This document shows positions 24,913 to 37,618 of a stretch of 64,000 nt of DNA, piece after piece. Position 1 is the stretch's first letter; each line of letters starts with the position of its first letter. A program made the translations under genes and the position numbers. The notes under the pieces are model-generated. The model ran no database searches, was not told where the DNA came from, and saw nothing but the letters and a program-made list of their open reading frames with translations. The stretch is from Camelus ferus. Taxonomy: Eukaryota. The DNA is taken from the NCBI RefSeq assembly GCF_009834535.1, contig NC_045696.1, forward strand, positions 21,020,001-21,084,000, read 5' to 3'.

Positions 24913-26159
24913 AAAACTTGACTTATCATGTCCGTCTATCTTATAATAATATTCAGCTTTCAACTAGAGGGCATGAAAGTTTCTGTGCTTATAGACGTTT
25001 AAAAGAACTAAATATATGACTATAGCTAGAATTATTTCCTTTGCGTGGACATTGTTTACTTTATACTAAGTAAAGATGATATTTAAATTGCTGGCATAAT
25101 TTGATGGCAGTAGTAGGAACTCTAAGGTAATTAAAGGCTTATTAGATTATCATTGAAGCATTAACCTGTCCCATCTCACCTTCAATAAAGCATATTGACT
25201 CAGTGACAGACTTACAGGAACGTTATGTTAAGGTGAGAACTACGTTTGTGGAGATAATGAGTGTAAAAAGAAGAGAAACCCCCTTCTTTTGTCTGTCTGA
25301 TTCATGATCTGAATGCTCCATTAATCAGGAAGCTGCACTTTTCCCCCCCATGAAGGGAGGTGAGTATTCACCTTTCAGAAATACACAGTTCATGTTCTTA
25401 AGAAGTGAAACACTGACAGCTCCATAACATTTCCAAATAACCCTATTAATGTTTCTCATGTGTCACTTATAAGAATTGAGGGGGAAAATAAAGGGGAAAA
25501 AAAGGCCATTATTTTATTCTCTTTTTATTCTTACTGCTGTAGTGACACTTCATCACAGCTGTGTCAGTGTTTTAGGGGAGCACTTTTGTGATGATTACTA
25601 TAACCAAACCTTTAACGTTTCCTTCATTTCTATCAAGGATCACACAGATGGTAATATACCTGTGATTCCATAACAATACATTTTAAAGTCAAGAAATCAG
25701 TACTGAGTGCAATTGGCTAAGTGATTTATGTAACATTTGACACCACCCTTACAACATCAACCAACTTTAACTGAAGCCTGTAATAACAGTGTTTTTTAAT
25801 ACTGAACAGAATGAGAACATATACCACAGTGCTTCTAGAATTGCCATAAATTGTTCAGAAAATGCCTGGGTATTAACTTCCCCCTTATAATTAAAGACAT
25901 AGGACATAGGAAAAAACCTGCCCCCAAAGATCTTATTAGATATGTGGAATTTTCTACCATTGCTTTTGCTTAGAAAATCAATGTTTATCTTTTTATTTCA
26001 GAATAAAACTCTAATGATTGAACAAAACATATTTCTGAACAAATTTTCCAAACCAGCCAAACAAAACCAAAATATATTATTCATTTGTTAAGATTTTTTT
26101 TTTCTATTTGAAGTCAAAATGTTGGACTTTCCATATAGTTTTCTAGCTATGTAAAATCA

Positions 26160-26260
26160 CAAAACATAACTCACACTCTCTGGGCCTCCATGTCCTCATT
26201 TGTAAAGTGCCCATCCCTGTGAGATGTATTTGAAGCACATTATAAAACTCATAAGTGTTT
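26160..26260 (+). mobile_element. MIR fragment
   Basis: 'ctctctgggcctccatgtcctcatttgtaaagtg' MIR core. Confidence 0.5.
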
Positions 26261-29200
26261 TCCTAAAGCAAGTTTCCTCACTGTCATGAAGGAGAAACAT
26301 GAGAGGGGAAAATGAATGGCGGGTTTGTATTGAAAGACACAAATTGTAATTTGGCTTCCATTGATTGGAATCTCTAGAGAGAATCCAAGTTCACATTCAT
26401 AAAATGACATGCTCTCCCTACAAGAAAGTTATGCCCTAGTCAAATGAATGACAAAGATTTCAATATTGAAATCATAACTAAAATCATTGTTTGCTTATTT
26501 ATATTCTCAATGTTATCTGTTAGCTTTTTGCCTAAGGTTTAATGACAGTAAAATCTGGCTTTCTTTTTACAAAGAGAGAAGAGGAAATGAGAATTAACAC
26601 AAAACTAGTTCTTAAAACATTCTATAGTTTTTGCTGCTAGGTGTTCCTTTGGGGGAGTTAACACAAGGAAATCAATTAACTTCAAAGTAGTAGAGTAAGC
26701 TTGCCAAAGAGAACGGAGTTCAAATTATCATTTTCAATTATGAATATAAGGTAAGATCTTGATCTAGTAATACTATGACTTGTATAATCAATATAGGTGT
26801 TGAATAAGTGAAAAATTATTTTATTGCTAGGAGTAAACTTGCTTTTCAATAGAAAAGTAATGAATCAATACCATTAACCTTACATTCGTGTTTCTTTCAA
26901 CCTATAAAAATGTAAGTTTTTTAAACTATAGCATTAAAAATTATCATCTTAGTGTTTATTTTATAGAGTATTATATTCTTAACATATTGTTCATGCTTCA
27001 CTTTCAGAAAAGGCACCTTGCATCAGACACAATAAACAGGGTGTTAATAGAAAGTAAAAATTATTGGAAAGTAAAATAGAAACAAAAGATAATGTGTCAC
27101 GTTAGCAAGTGTGAGTTGAAGAGCAATGTATCCTGTTCATGTAGAGGAGAGGTGAGTTGTCTTTAGACTAAATAAAATTACAAAGCATTTGTATGAGGCA
27201 TGGTGGATATTTACAATTAATGCTATAGGAAAACATTTTTTGATATAGGGTGGGGATTCCTTTACATATTAATTTTACAAAAGCAGAAAATTCATCTATC
27301 TCAAATGGCAATCAGTAAATGGTTAAAAAAAGAATCCTGCCTAAAATTACAGAAAAGCCTAGAGGAGATTGTAATTGCTGTTGAGATTCTACAAATAGTT
27401 TTCTTTCGATGTTGCTGTGTTTCTAATTATACTGGAAGTTATCTTATTACATGCTACAGAGATTCTGAATAATTAAATGTAATCGGATGTAATATCTGAC
27501 TTTAATAATTGGTGTCAGGAGCTAGTATGTTTTCCACATGGTGCATGAACTGCACAGCCATTGGAAGATGTATTAACCAACGTGAAATTTCTAATATTAC
27601 TCTTGAAATTAAAACGTATTTTGTCATGTAAGAATTTGAGGGCTTTAACAAACACTGTGAAAATGCTTCTGTATTTTAAAGAATATGCTTATATCCACCA
27701 ATCTATGAGTGTATGGTGTCTCATCAATCAGTCTAACATCCTCAAAAATATTATATTCAGTCTTTAATCATTGGTCCTGCTGAATCTTTTCGTAAGCCCA
27801 ATGAGTCTCCAACAAGCAGTAGGAATATGAATGTTTCTAATTAATCACAACAGATAAACTACAGAACAATTTAAATATACTGATACTTCATGTGGGTTTT
27901 TAAAAAATAACTAGACTTTTTTATATCGTGCTGTTTTCTAAGTCCTCAAAATCAAGTAAATACAAACCAGCTGCTATATCAGTACCCAATCAGAAGAAGG
28001 TTCATCCATTTTTTTATTTTGACATGTTTCTCAAAGTTTAATACATTAATAAGATGGTGTGCCTTTCTAAATAGAAAAGACTGTAATTCTTTATATTGTT
28101 ACATTTTTGTTACAAGTAAATTTTGGGGGTATATAGCTATTTCTGGCTTAAGAGACACTATCATGGTGAAATATATCATATATGATATATGTAACAATAT
28201 AATTAGTAATTGCTTATCTAGAGACTACTGGGGTTGGAACATATTTACTCAATAATATCATTTAGAATTGCGTAGATTAAAACTCATTTATTTAGACTTT
28301 TTCTCCTGTGCTGCCTAATAATTTATATTCTCTTATGCTACTTCCAAAACATGCATGTTCGGGGTTTCCTAGGTATTGCTTGCCACTTCTTTGACTCTTG
28401 GGTATAGATGGAGCTGAAGAAACAGCTCATTCTAAACCTGGAACAACCACACTAGGAAAACATGATTAATTAGCCCATATTATCAGGTAACATATAAGTT
28501 ATATCATAACTCTTATATCTCAAGCTTTTGGTAAGATCTTATGTCCATATCCTTTAAGCTGCAACCCTTGGTGAAACTACGTCCAGTTTTTAAGCCTTCT
28601 TTACTATACTTCTGCTTCAGTGGATGATTAACCCTCTACTTCCCTTGCAAGGACTAAGCTCAGTTTTAGATCTCAGTTTACTCATCTGAAATACTCTTCC
28701 CTTGGGGAGCTGAACGCTGACCAACATACTTCTAACAACTTCTTGGTGGTCTGGAACCGAAGATGGTCTTGGAACCCAATATGACCAACCTTCTTCATAC
28801 CTTAAGAATAACTTGTTGCAGAAGGATTTGTTTCAGCTCAGAAATCCACCAATGAAGTCTACTGGGATATTATGGCTGGATTATATTATATACCAAGTTT
28901 GTCTTGCAGTTTATTCATGGTTTCCACAATTTCCAATCAACTCATTCCTGGCATTCCCTGCCCCCCCCCATTTCTTATTTATTTAAATCAGAGGATTGAA
29001 CAAGACCAATAGAGATTTAGCACACACATTGCTAAAATACTTTATCTTTTTTCTTCTTACCTGTTCCGACTCCTCACTATAAAAATTCATATTTATTTGT
29101 CAATCACTCAGTAGAGGCTTCCTTGTTCTTTGTTCATGCTAAAGATACTGGAAATAAACCTTTGTCAAATTCCTTAATATGTGCATGAATAATAGCTGGA

Positions 29201-29825
29201 GATGGGTAACATCTACGGTTGTTTGAAAGCAAATTATTTTACTGATAATTTAATACATTATATTAAAAACAGGCTCTTTAAACTGAATAAGAGACATCAA
29301 AATAGACTTTTAAGAATGATTTCTTGTGTCCTGTAGAACTTTTCTTTATGTCTTAATTTGTGTCTTGTCTTTCAGGACAGAAATTGACCAAATCAAATCA
29401 ACATGACAATCACCTAATCACATGCTTAATTCAACTAGAAACATATGCACACTTCTGTAACTGTCATTAAAGTGTGCATATATATTTTAGCAGCAACTCT
29501 TACCACTCTTTTTAATTGATTCATAAATGTGCTGCCTTTAATTATGTTAGAGGTTGTAGTTAATGACCTCTCTACTATAATGAGGGCTGTCTAGGTATCA
29601 ATTTACATCTTAAGTTATGTCTTCAGATGTAAATGTGTGCTTATTAGAAGGGAAACCTTCTTTCTTTATCTTTCTTATTAAGTTAATCTCAATCACCAAG
29701 AAAATGTTTGATTTTTATCAGAAAGTACAATTATCACTATATTCTTATTTCATCATTCATCAGGGAGAATGATGAAAAACAGTAGGGTAATATCAAAAGA
29801 AAACAGAAGTTTTTTGTTTTTTTTT

Positions 29826-30619
29826 TTACTTCAGTTTCAGCAAGTGAAAAACTTACAAGTTGTCATTCCTGTCTTTACATAACAAAAAGCTAAACAAAAG
29901 GAAAATAAATGACTTCTTGGTCTGATCAAAGAACGAAAGTCCTGGGGCAAGCTGCCACCTTGAAATCTGGAGAAACAGATGAATCCATAGAGTCATTCAC
30001 AAGATCTGCTAAAATGGTAATTTTAACAAATTGTTGGAGGCTGAGTATGGACTATAAGAATGCAAAGCTCCTGGGCCTTAACTTAGAAGGTGGCCACTCT
30101 TTCACAGAGCTTAACTTCAGAAGCCCCATCAAGTTCTCCCTGGGACTAACCAAGAAAGATACCCTGTCACTCTGGCAGGAAGAGAGAAAAATAGCCCTTG
30201 TGAATTGCTCCCCGAAATGGGGCCCATAACAAAGGCCTATGATGCAGGAAAGAAGACAACCAGAGTCTTATCCTGCCTGGGAAAGAAGCACTTCTCCCAT
30301 TCCAGTCCCTTTTAGATTTCCTGTCAAAAAAAAAAAAAAAAAAAAAAAACCTAAGAAACACTTGTGAAGGTCACAAATCAAAGATAAATGCCTGCAAAAG
30401 ACTGAGATTTAATAATCAGATATAGCATGTTTTCCCTGTTGCACAGATGATCACCACACCAGCAGGGCTCCAGTACAATACTAGGAGTTACAGTTGAAAG
30501 TGCTGGAAGGTACAGACTCTGAGGTTGGTACCTAGGGAAGTACAAAGTCAACAAGGGAAACAGGAAGAAGAACACTGAAAAATCTGAAGCCTCTGGCACC
30601 TACAGCTACAGCAAACATT
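29826..30619 (+). mobile_element. Old L1 5' UTR region (L1MC/L1MD-like)
   Basis: Begins 'acttcagtttcagc', resembling L1 5' starts, and ends 'gaagcctctggcacctacagctacagcaaacatt'. Same orientation as the downstream L1 ORF and 3' pieces. Confidence 0.55.
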
Positions 30620-30789
30620 TGTGTACTTGAAAAAAAAAGCATAAAAACAACTGTGAGGTGAGTTCATTCAGCATCTTACTGAGGACCGTAGGCTAAGAGA
30701 CACCCTCTCAGACAGCTCTGAGAAAATCTTCTGAAGAGATAGACAGGGGGGTGGTCAGGACATATGTGATTTTGGCAAAGGGTACATGG
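30620..30789 (-). mobile_element. Partial ERV1 LTR (MER41-like)
   Basis: 'ctgaggaccgtaggctaagagacaccctctcagacagctctgagaaaatcttctgaagag' aligns by eye to 972-1040 of the first LTR. Truncated against MLT1A. Confidence 0.6.
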
Positions 30790-31122
30790 GTGGCTTATAA
30801 ACAATAAAAAACTGTATCTCATAATTTTGGAGTTTGAGAAGTCCAAGGTTAAGGCCCTGGCCACATTTGATACAGGTGTGGCCTTCATCCTGGTTTATAT
30901 GTGGCCATTTTTTTTGTTTGTTTCTAACTTTGTCCTCACAAGGTGAAAGGTGTGGGGGGGGTGTCTCTGGGGTATTTTTATAAGGGCACTAATATCATTC
31001 ATATAGTTTCCACCCGCATGTCCTAAACACCTCCCCAAAATTTCACCTCCTAATACCATCACATTGCACATTAGGTTACAACATATGAAGTCTGGGGGGA
31101 AACAAACATTCAGACTATAGCA
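30790..31122 (-). mobile_element. MaLR LTR (MLT1A/MLT1A0-like)
   Basis: 'gggtggcttataaacaa...gaagtccaaggttaagg...ataagggcactaat...cctcctaataccatcacatt...aacaaacattcagactatagca'. Confidence 0.85.
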
Positions 31123-31199
31123 AGACTGAATATGACTTTGATCCACAGAAAGAAGGAAGAATGTTGAGAAAATTAATGAAGATAAAATCTTTTTATTTT

Positions 31200-31546
31200 T
31201 CTTCTTTCATTCAAAATTTAAAGTAATAATAGTAACAATGTGTTGGCTGATTATAGCACTTGGAAAAGTGAAATAAATGGTATTAATGTAATAGTAGATG
31301 GAAGGGAAGAATTAGGAATATTCTGTTGTTAGATACCTACATTACCTGGATATAAAGTATAATGGTATGTTATTTGGTATGGAATGGTATAATATTATTT
31401 GAATGTGGTTTTAATTATACAAAAATTTATGTTGCTAACTCAAAAGCATTCTCTAAAAAATTTTTAAAAAGTATTTTCATATACTGAGAGGACATAAAAT
31501 GAAAGCATGTAAAATTCTCAATTAAAACCAGAGAAGGCAGAAATGT
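31200..31546 (+). mobile_element. Old L1 inter-ORF region, left part
   Basis: A-rich L1MC/MD-type sequence ending 'aaattctcaattaaaaccagagaaggcagaaa'. Continues after the nested L1MC1 piece. Confidence 0.55.
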
Positions 31547-31925
31547 TCACAGAGAGAAAACCATGAAGACAGTAACAGGATCAGCGATGCCAGGGTTTGA
31601 GAGGCCAGGGATGAACAGGTGGACCACGGACTTAGGGCAGTGAAAATACCCTGTATGATAGACACCATAAAGACAGATACATGCCATTATATATCTGTCC
31701 ATATCCAAAAATGTGCAACGCCAAGAATGAACCATAATATAATCTATGAATGTTAGGTGGTGATGATGTGTCAATGCAGGTTCATCTGTTGTAAAAAATG
31801 TACCATTCTAGTGAGGGATATGCATGTGTGGGGGCATGATGTACACGGGAAATCTCTGCATTTCCCCTTCAGTTTTGCTGTGAAATTCAAATTGTTCTAA
31901 AAAATAAAGTCATAATAATAATAAT
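31547..31925 (+). mobile_element. L1MC1-like 3' end nested in an older L1
   Basis: 'gggatgaacaggtggaccacgga...gggcagtgaaaatac...gtgatgatgtgtcaatgcaggttcatc...tttgctgtgaa...aaaaataaagtc' followed by an (AAT)n tail. Confidence 0.8.
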
Positions 31926-33495
31926 AACAGAATAAATAGAAAACAATTACATCAAGGTAGATATTAATCTAAATATATAAGTAATCACTTTAAAGGTGAA
32001 TAGTCTAAATACACCAATTAGAAGACAGAAATTTGCAGAATGCATGAACAAACAAGAGCTTACTGTATATTTGGCCTAACATGGGTATACAGAAAACCCA
32101 CATTAAATATAAAGACTCAGGTTTTTAAAAATGAAAGAAATATATCCCATGCTAACATTAATCAAAAGAAAGCTGGAGTATCTATGTTAATTTCATGGTG
32201 GTAATGATTAACAATCCTGATCTCACTAAACATGCACACTGGAATTGTACAGCCAGGTTTCTCATTATTGGAGTATTAATTTATAGATAACCAAAGAGAA
32301 GATTCTAGAATGACCTATACAGTAATGGATTATTGTTGGAAATATCAATATGAACTCATGTTTGCCTTAATATAGATACATATGGCTATATATAGACATT
32401 TATAGGTAGATGTTAATATACATATATTTTCTTTCTCTGACAACTGACAATTCTGGAAGTAATGACATCCCAGTAGCAACCAGTATACCTAGTGCCCAAT
32501 CTTAATCTCTAATACTATCTTCAATAAAGACTTCCTCAATAAAAGGAAACAGGATTTATTAGAGAAATAACTAATTCTAAGACTAGAACAGAAAGCATTT
32601 AGCATTAGCCTGGAGCATCTTATAGTGCCAGGAGGTGCTCAAAAAAGCAAAAAAAAAAAAAAAAAAAAAAAAAATGCGAAGAATGTCTGTCAAAATAGCA
32701 TAGGAACCAACGGAAAGAGTTTCCAGTGACCAAAGCTGGGGCAATTTGAGCAATAAATTACGTAGAGCAGTGTTTTGAACTATAACCCAAACTATAAAAT
32801 AAGTGTCCATGAGTCTATACTGATATAAAAAATATTAAATAAATAAAGATGAAGACTAGAACTCCCCATGTAGAAAGACTGCAAATAATTTTCATAGATA
32901 GTCAGCCCTCAAGGAGGTGGAACATATCTCCCACTACTGAACCTGAAAACCTACCTGAACCAGGTGATCAAGAATAGAACCAGCAGTGATGTGAGGTTGC
33001 TAGCATGTACCCTGATATGAGGTGACCAGATGCTTCTCTGTGTTTGCCTTCTTCCCCCAAACTCAGAACCTCCATTTAATCATGAGAAGAGCATTAGTCA
33101 AATCCCAGTTGAGGGACATTATATAAAATACCTGACTAGCCTTCCTCAAAACTGTCAAAGTCATCAAGAACAAGGGAAGCCTGAGAAACTCTCATAGCCA
33201 AGAGGAGCGTAAGGAGGCATAACAACTAACTGAACTGTGGACTCCTGGATCCTGGATGGGACCCTGGTATGGAAAAGGGAACTTAGGTGAAAAGTAGGAA
33301 ATCCAAATAAAATGTGGGTTTTGGTTAATAGTGATGTATCCATAAAGGTAATTGTAACAAATGTACCATATTAATATAAGATATTATTAAGTGGGGAGTC
33401 TGGGTGCAGGATATATGAGAACTGTCTGCACTATATAATTTTTCTATAAAACTAAGACTTCTAAAATACTTTACTTTTAAAGATGCAAAAATAAA
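31926..33495 (+). mobile_element. Old L1 (ORF2 start fused to L1MC3/L1MD-like 3' UTR)
   Basis: Endonuclease-domain start ('gtaatcactttaaaggtgaatagtctaaatacaccaattagaagacag', consensus ITLNVNGLNTPIKR), then 3' UTR motifs ('ctcaaaactgtcaaagtcatcaagaacaaggg', 'tgtaacaaatgtacca'). Confidence 0.75.
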
Positions 33496-33979
33496 AGCAA
33501 AAAAGTAAAAGCAAACAGAGAAGTGTACAATATCAAAAAGGAAGACTTGATACTGGCTGGATGGGTTTTCTAAGCATCCACTATCACCCCATGATCTCTA
33601 GGGTTAAGTTTTTTAAATGGCCTGTAAGGTGAATGTTTCCAATCCTCCTCAAACTTTCATGTATATATCTCTTTAGATTTTGTAACTCTTCCAAAGGAGC
33701 ATGCTTTCTACACAGAGCAGTGTAGACTTTTTGTTACCAGATGCATGAGTATCAGTGCTTTCCTCTAAAACCTCCACATAACTCCCAATATTCTTGGCTC
33801 TAAGCTCACAGCAGCAAAAGAATCTTAAAATTATAGACCATAGAAAAGAGAGGACTGTGGTATAATAGTTTGAGTAATTTGCAGCTATTTTGGTACTATT
33901 GAAAGATTTAAAATTTGAGAAAAAGCATAGTATTTCTCAGTCACTTTATGTTAACATCTGTAAAAATTGTTTTCCTGTA

Positions 33980-34330
33980 TGTATTTAATAGATAATTTGC
34001 AGCATAACCTACTTTGTACCAGGCTTTCTTTCCTGGAGAACATAACGGATGAGGATTTGTTCTCATTCACTTTACATTCAGTGAGAGACAGGCGACATTG
34101 ATGGCAAATGAGACATGGTTCCCTGGATGATTAGTGCAATAATAATAATAATAAATTTAATTAAAAAATCACTTAACAAGATAGACTTATGTATAGTGAG
34201 TACAGGATATACTCCTGTCTTGGAAATGCCTCTAGAAAGAAGTCTAGGGAGAAAAAAGGAACAGGTACCAATGCATAGAGGCTGGAAGAATAAAACAGTG
34301 CAATGTGAACACAGGGTAGAGAGATTCTGT
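33980..34330 (-). mobile_element. L2 fragment
   Basis: 'cctactttgtaccaggc...ttctcattcactttacattcagtgagagacag' L2 3' motifs. Diverged. Confidence 0.4.
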
Positions 34331-37143
34331 CATTTTGGTAGCAGCTTGTGAAATCAACAAGCCGCCATTACCAAAATCTAATTTAAATGTTGTTGAAGTT
34401 AAATTGAAAAGTACAAAAGCAAGTAAAAAAAGTTTTCTGCCAGGATGAAACAGGAATGATCAGATAATAATTACTGATCAGTATTACAGTTCATGTTTCC
34501 TGATAAAGTTAAACCATAGGGTTTAGATCTTCATTTCCATTTGTGTGGATATGGCCATTGGCAAACTGAACCAGGACAAGTAGTTAAAGCAATAACAAAA
34601 ACTAAGATACAAAGTTCAGTTAATGGATGTTTTGCTCATCTAAGACTGACAAAGTAGAAAGAAACAGTAATAAAAATCTGGGAACCTACTCTGAGACAGA
34701 GTAGGTAAACGCTGGAGAGAAGAGACTTTGCAGGGAAGTGGCAGCTCAACTGGTGGAATTCCAGCCATTTGTGTCACATTTCTCCATGATCAGAAGAGTG
34801 GCCTGAAGGAAACTTCCATGGCTAATTGCCATTGAACTATGTTTAATTTAATAAAGTCACAGCTCCAGGACTCTTCAACAGGGAAATCTCTTAAGTCTGT
34901 ATTGCTTGAGGGGGTTGATAACCATAAAACCACAGCATTTCCTTGCCTGAACGTTAACTTAAAGTAGCTAGAAAAATAAGCAGTTTCATGAATTTAGGTT
35001 CTGAATGCAGTAAATTTGATTTAGGATTAACATTTAATAGCCGTGTAAGTTATGCTATTTCCTGGGCTCAAGCTGAACGTATTAGTTTTGAAAAGAATAA
35101 AATATTAGCATATTGAGCATGAGATTCAACTAAATATTCATACAGAGGTTCTACATTCATTTGTGCTTATTCAGTAATAGTTACTGACAATTATTATAAG
35201 ATTACTGATAAATAATGTTCTCTAAAGTGATAACATACAAGCACATAGATGTAGTAAAAGTTAAATTCTGAAAAAATCACAATATGATAAAAGTATGTTG
35301 GGAAAGTTTGCTGAATAGAAAACAGGGGTTGTGAAATATGAGTGGAAGACTCAATATAGTCTTCTATGTGATTTGGTTTTTTTTCCTCAGTAAGATGATA
35401 TTCTTTTGCTGTGTACTTTTACAAAATTTGTCAGGGAAATTTGAATAGTAGATAATTTAGGAAACTAAGACTTCTTTGTAAAAAAGAAAGTTGGCAGAGG
35501 TATTTTTATCCATTACAAGCATCATATTATCATCAGATCTAGTCAAAAGCATTTCTTTCTAAAATTGCCTAAGATTCAAAACCAGTTATTGTCTCCTACA
35601 ATCATTGATTTCAATAGAGAGAAAAGAAAACTAAGGCCTTCCAGCTTGGAACAATTGAAAGAGAAAATATGGAGGTAGGAAAAAAAAGGCCAAGGGCACA
35701 GAAAAAATTACTGGTTAAAATTGACTGCAGTTGTCTATATGAAGAGTATCTGTAGCAAGAACTGTGTATGAGGCAGGCAGGAGAGGTACGGGTTTATGGT
35801 TAATTCAGCAGTCCATTGAAATGTAAGGGGCAGGAGACAGTCATGACTGATTCTGCGCTACTTTCTCTAATCTGGAAAATGGAGGGACGTGAAACAGGAA
35901 CAATCATAGAGGTCTGTTGCAGGCATTTAAATGAGCCTATAATCTATTGATTTCATTAGCAAGCACTTCCCACTGTTAATCTTTACAAAATATGTCTTAA
36001 CACTAACAAAATCATTGGTGAAAAAAAATTGCAGTTAAGTGTGATGTATCTCAGAAGTTTCCTTGTCAACCAGATTTTGTGCACCGTGCACAGTGTTGCA
36101 CGCTGTTTATAGCGTAGCCAATGTATGGGCATAATTCCTAAGGGGGCATCGAAGTGTAAAATATGATTTCCCTAGGTTATACTGCACAATACATCAGATC
36201 AGTAATCAGAGAGAAGAAATAAATGGAATCCTTAAGCATTAAGAATGACTAAAGTAATTGTATTTTTATGAAGTGAGGAAAAAGTTATCGACTGAGAAAG
36301 CAAGAATTAGAAGGTGCTCCCCTGCCCATCCACATCTTTTGTAACTGCAATAAAGCTTTGTCTCACCAACTTGGAATAGTGTGAACCATTGGCAAAGCTG
36401 TTTTGAGTATGAAATAAATGCATCAAATTATCTTGAATAAAAACAATATTACATAAGATTGTTGAACTATCTTTGTTTTTATTAGATGTTCACCGGGCAA
36501 CATCTGACTAAGCTTCAGGTTTTCTATAAAGATTTCTCCTGTTATTATGTCTGGATCCTATTACAGTTATGGTCTACTTGTGACTTTATAAACAGGTTTC
36601 CTGAAGCTGGTTACTAGACAACATGAAAGAGTGACATCCCTTAACACGTGGATATATCTCCTGAGGAGGGCAGGATATGTGTGCCCAAGAACAGTCAGTA
36701 TAGGAAGGCATGGTGCACAGTGACAGTCATAGTGGAACAAATACTCACAATCCTGTGTGGCTCAAGAAATAAACTTATAGGCCAAAGTGTACAATAAACT
36801 TACAATTGTAACCTTATTTTAAAGTGAAAAAAACCCTCGCTATATATGTATATTAATGAACTATAAGAAAGAACAGAAATGGGTTCAGAATCACCATACA
36901 TGCTTCTATCTCTAACTTCTGTAGTGTGTGTGTTTGTGTGTGTGTAGGGAGATTTAGAAACTCTAGGCATAATTCCAGTTTTCCTTGGATTTATTCATAC
37001 TCACATCACTGTAAGAATTTGTACAGAATAAATGTTCTTAATATAAGCTTCTCTTCCTTCCCTGTGTCTTCAGAATTTCTTCAGGACCCAAAGACAAGGT
37101 AAAATATAACCTAAATATTTCATTCTGATCTTAGCTGTCTATA

Positions 37144-37618
37144 TGTTACCAAGGGCAAGTTCATGTGCCTGTCATACCATGAGGCCAAACAAACTGAAAC
37201 ATCAAAGTTTGGAGCAGAGGAAGGTTTATGGCAGGGCCAAGCAAGAAGGATGGGATGGCTAATGCCCAAGAAATCCCAGAACTCCTGGAAGGGTTTCAGC
37301 AAGCCCTATTTAAAGGCCAGGTGAGGGAGGGGGCTGCAGGGTGCATGATCAGCTTCTGCACAATTCTCTGATTGGCTGTTGTTGAGGTACCAGGGTGGTC
37401 AACACTATCAACCCTTTGGTGCCAGAAGGTCTGGGTTTATGTGTTCTCGATCATCAAGTAGTTAATTTCTTCCCCTTGGTGTGGTTTTAAGCATCTGAAA
37501 AACTCAGGAAATATCCATGAGATACTATTATCTGGGTGCTTCAGAGAGGAGCTACAGTAGAGGATATGAGGGAGGGGGTCTTACCCAGGAAGGCCCCACA
37601 GGGTCCTGCTCGGTTACA
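37144..37618 (-). mobile_element. ERV1-class solo LTR
   Basis: tgttacc...ggttaca termini, near-TSD tata/tgta, CCAAT (ctgattgg) and TATA-like elements on the minus strand. The reverse begins 'tgtaaccgagcaggaccctgtggggccttcctgg'. Confidence 0.85.

Noticed and set aside
29340..29470. Plus-strand exon after a strong acceptor (tgtcttgtctttcag)
   Set aside because: No nearby matching donor or recognisable peptide. Such acceptors arise often by chance in T-rich DNA.
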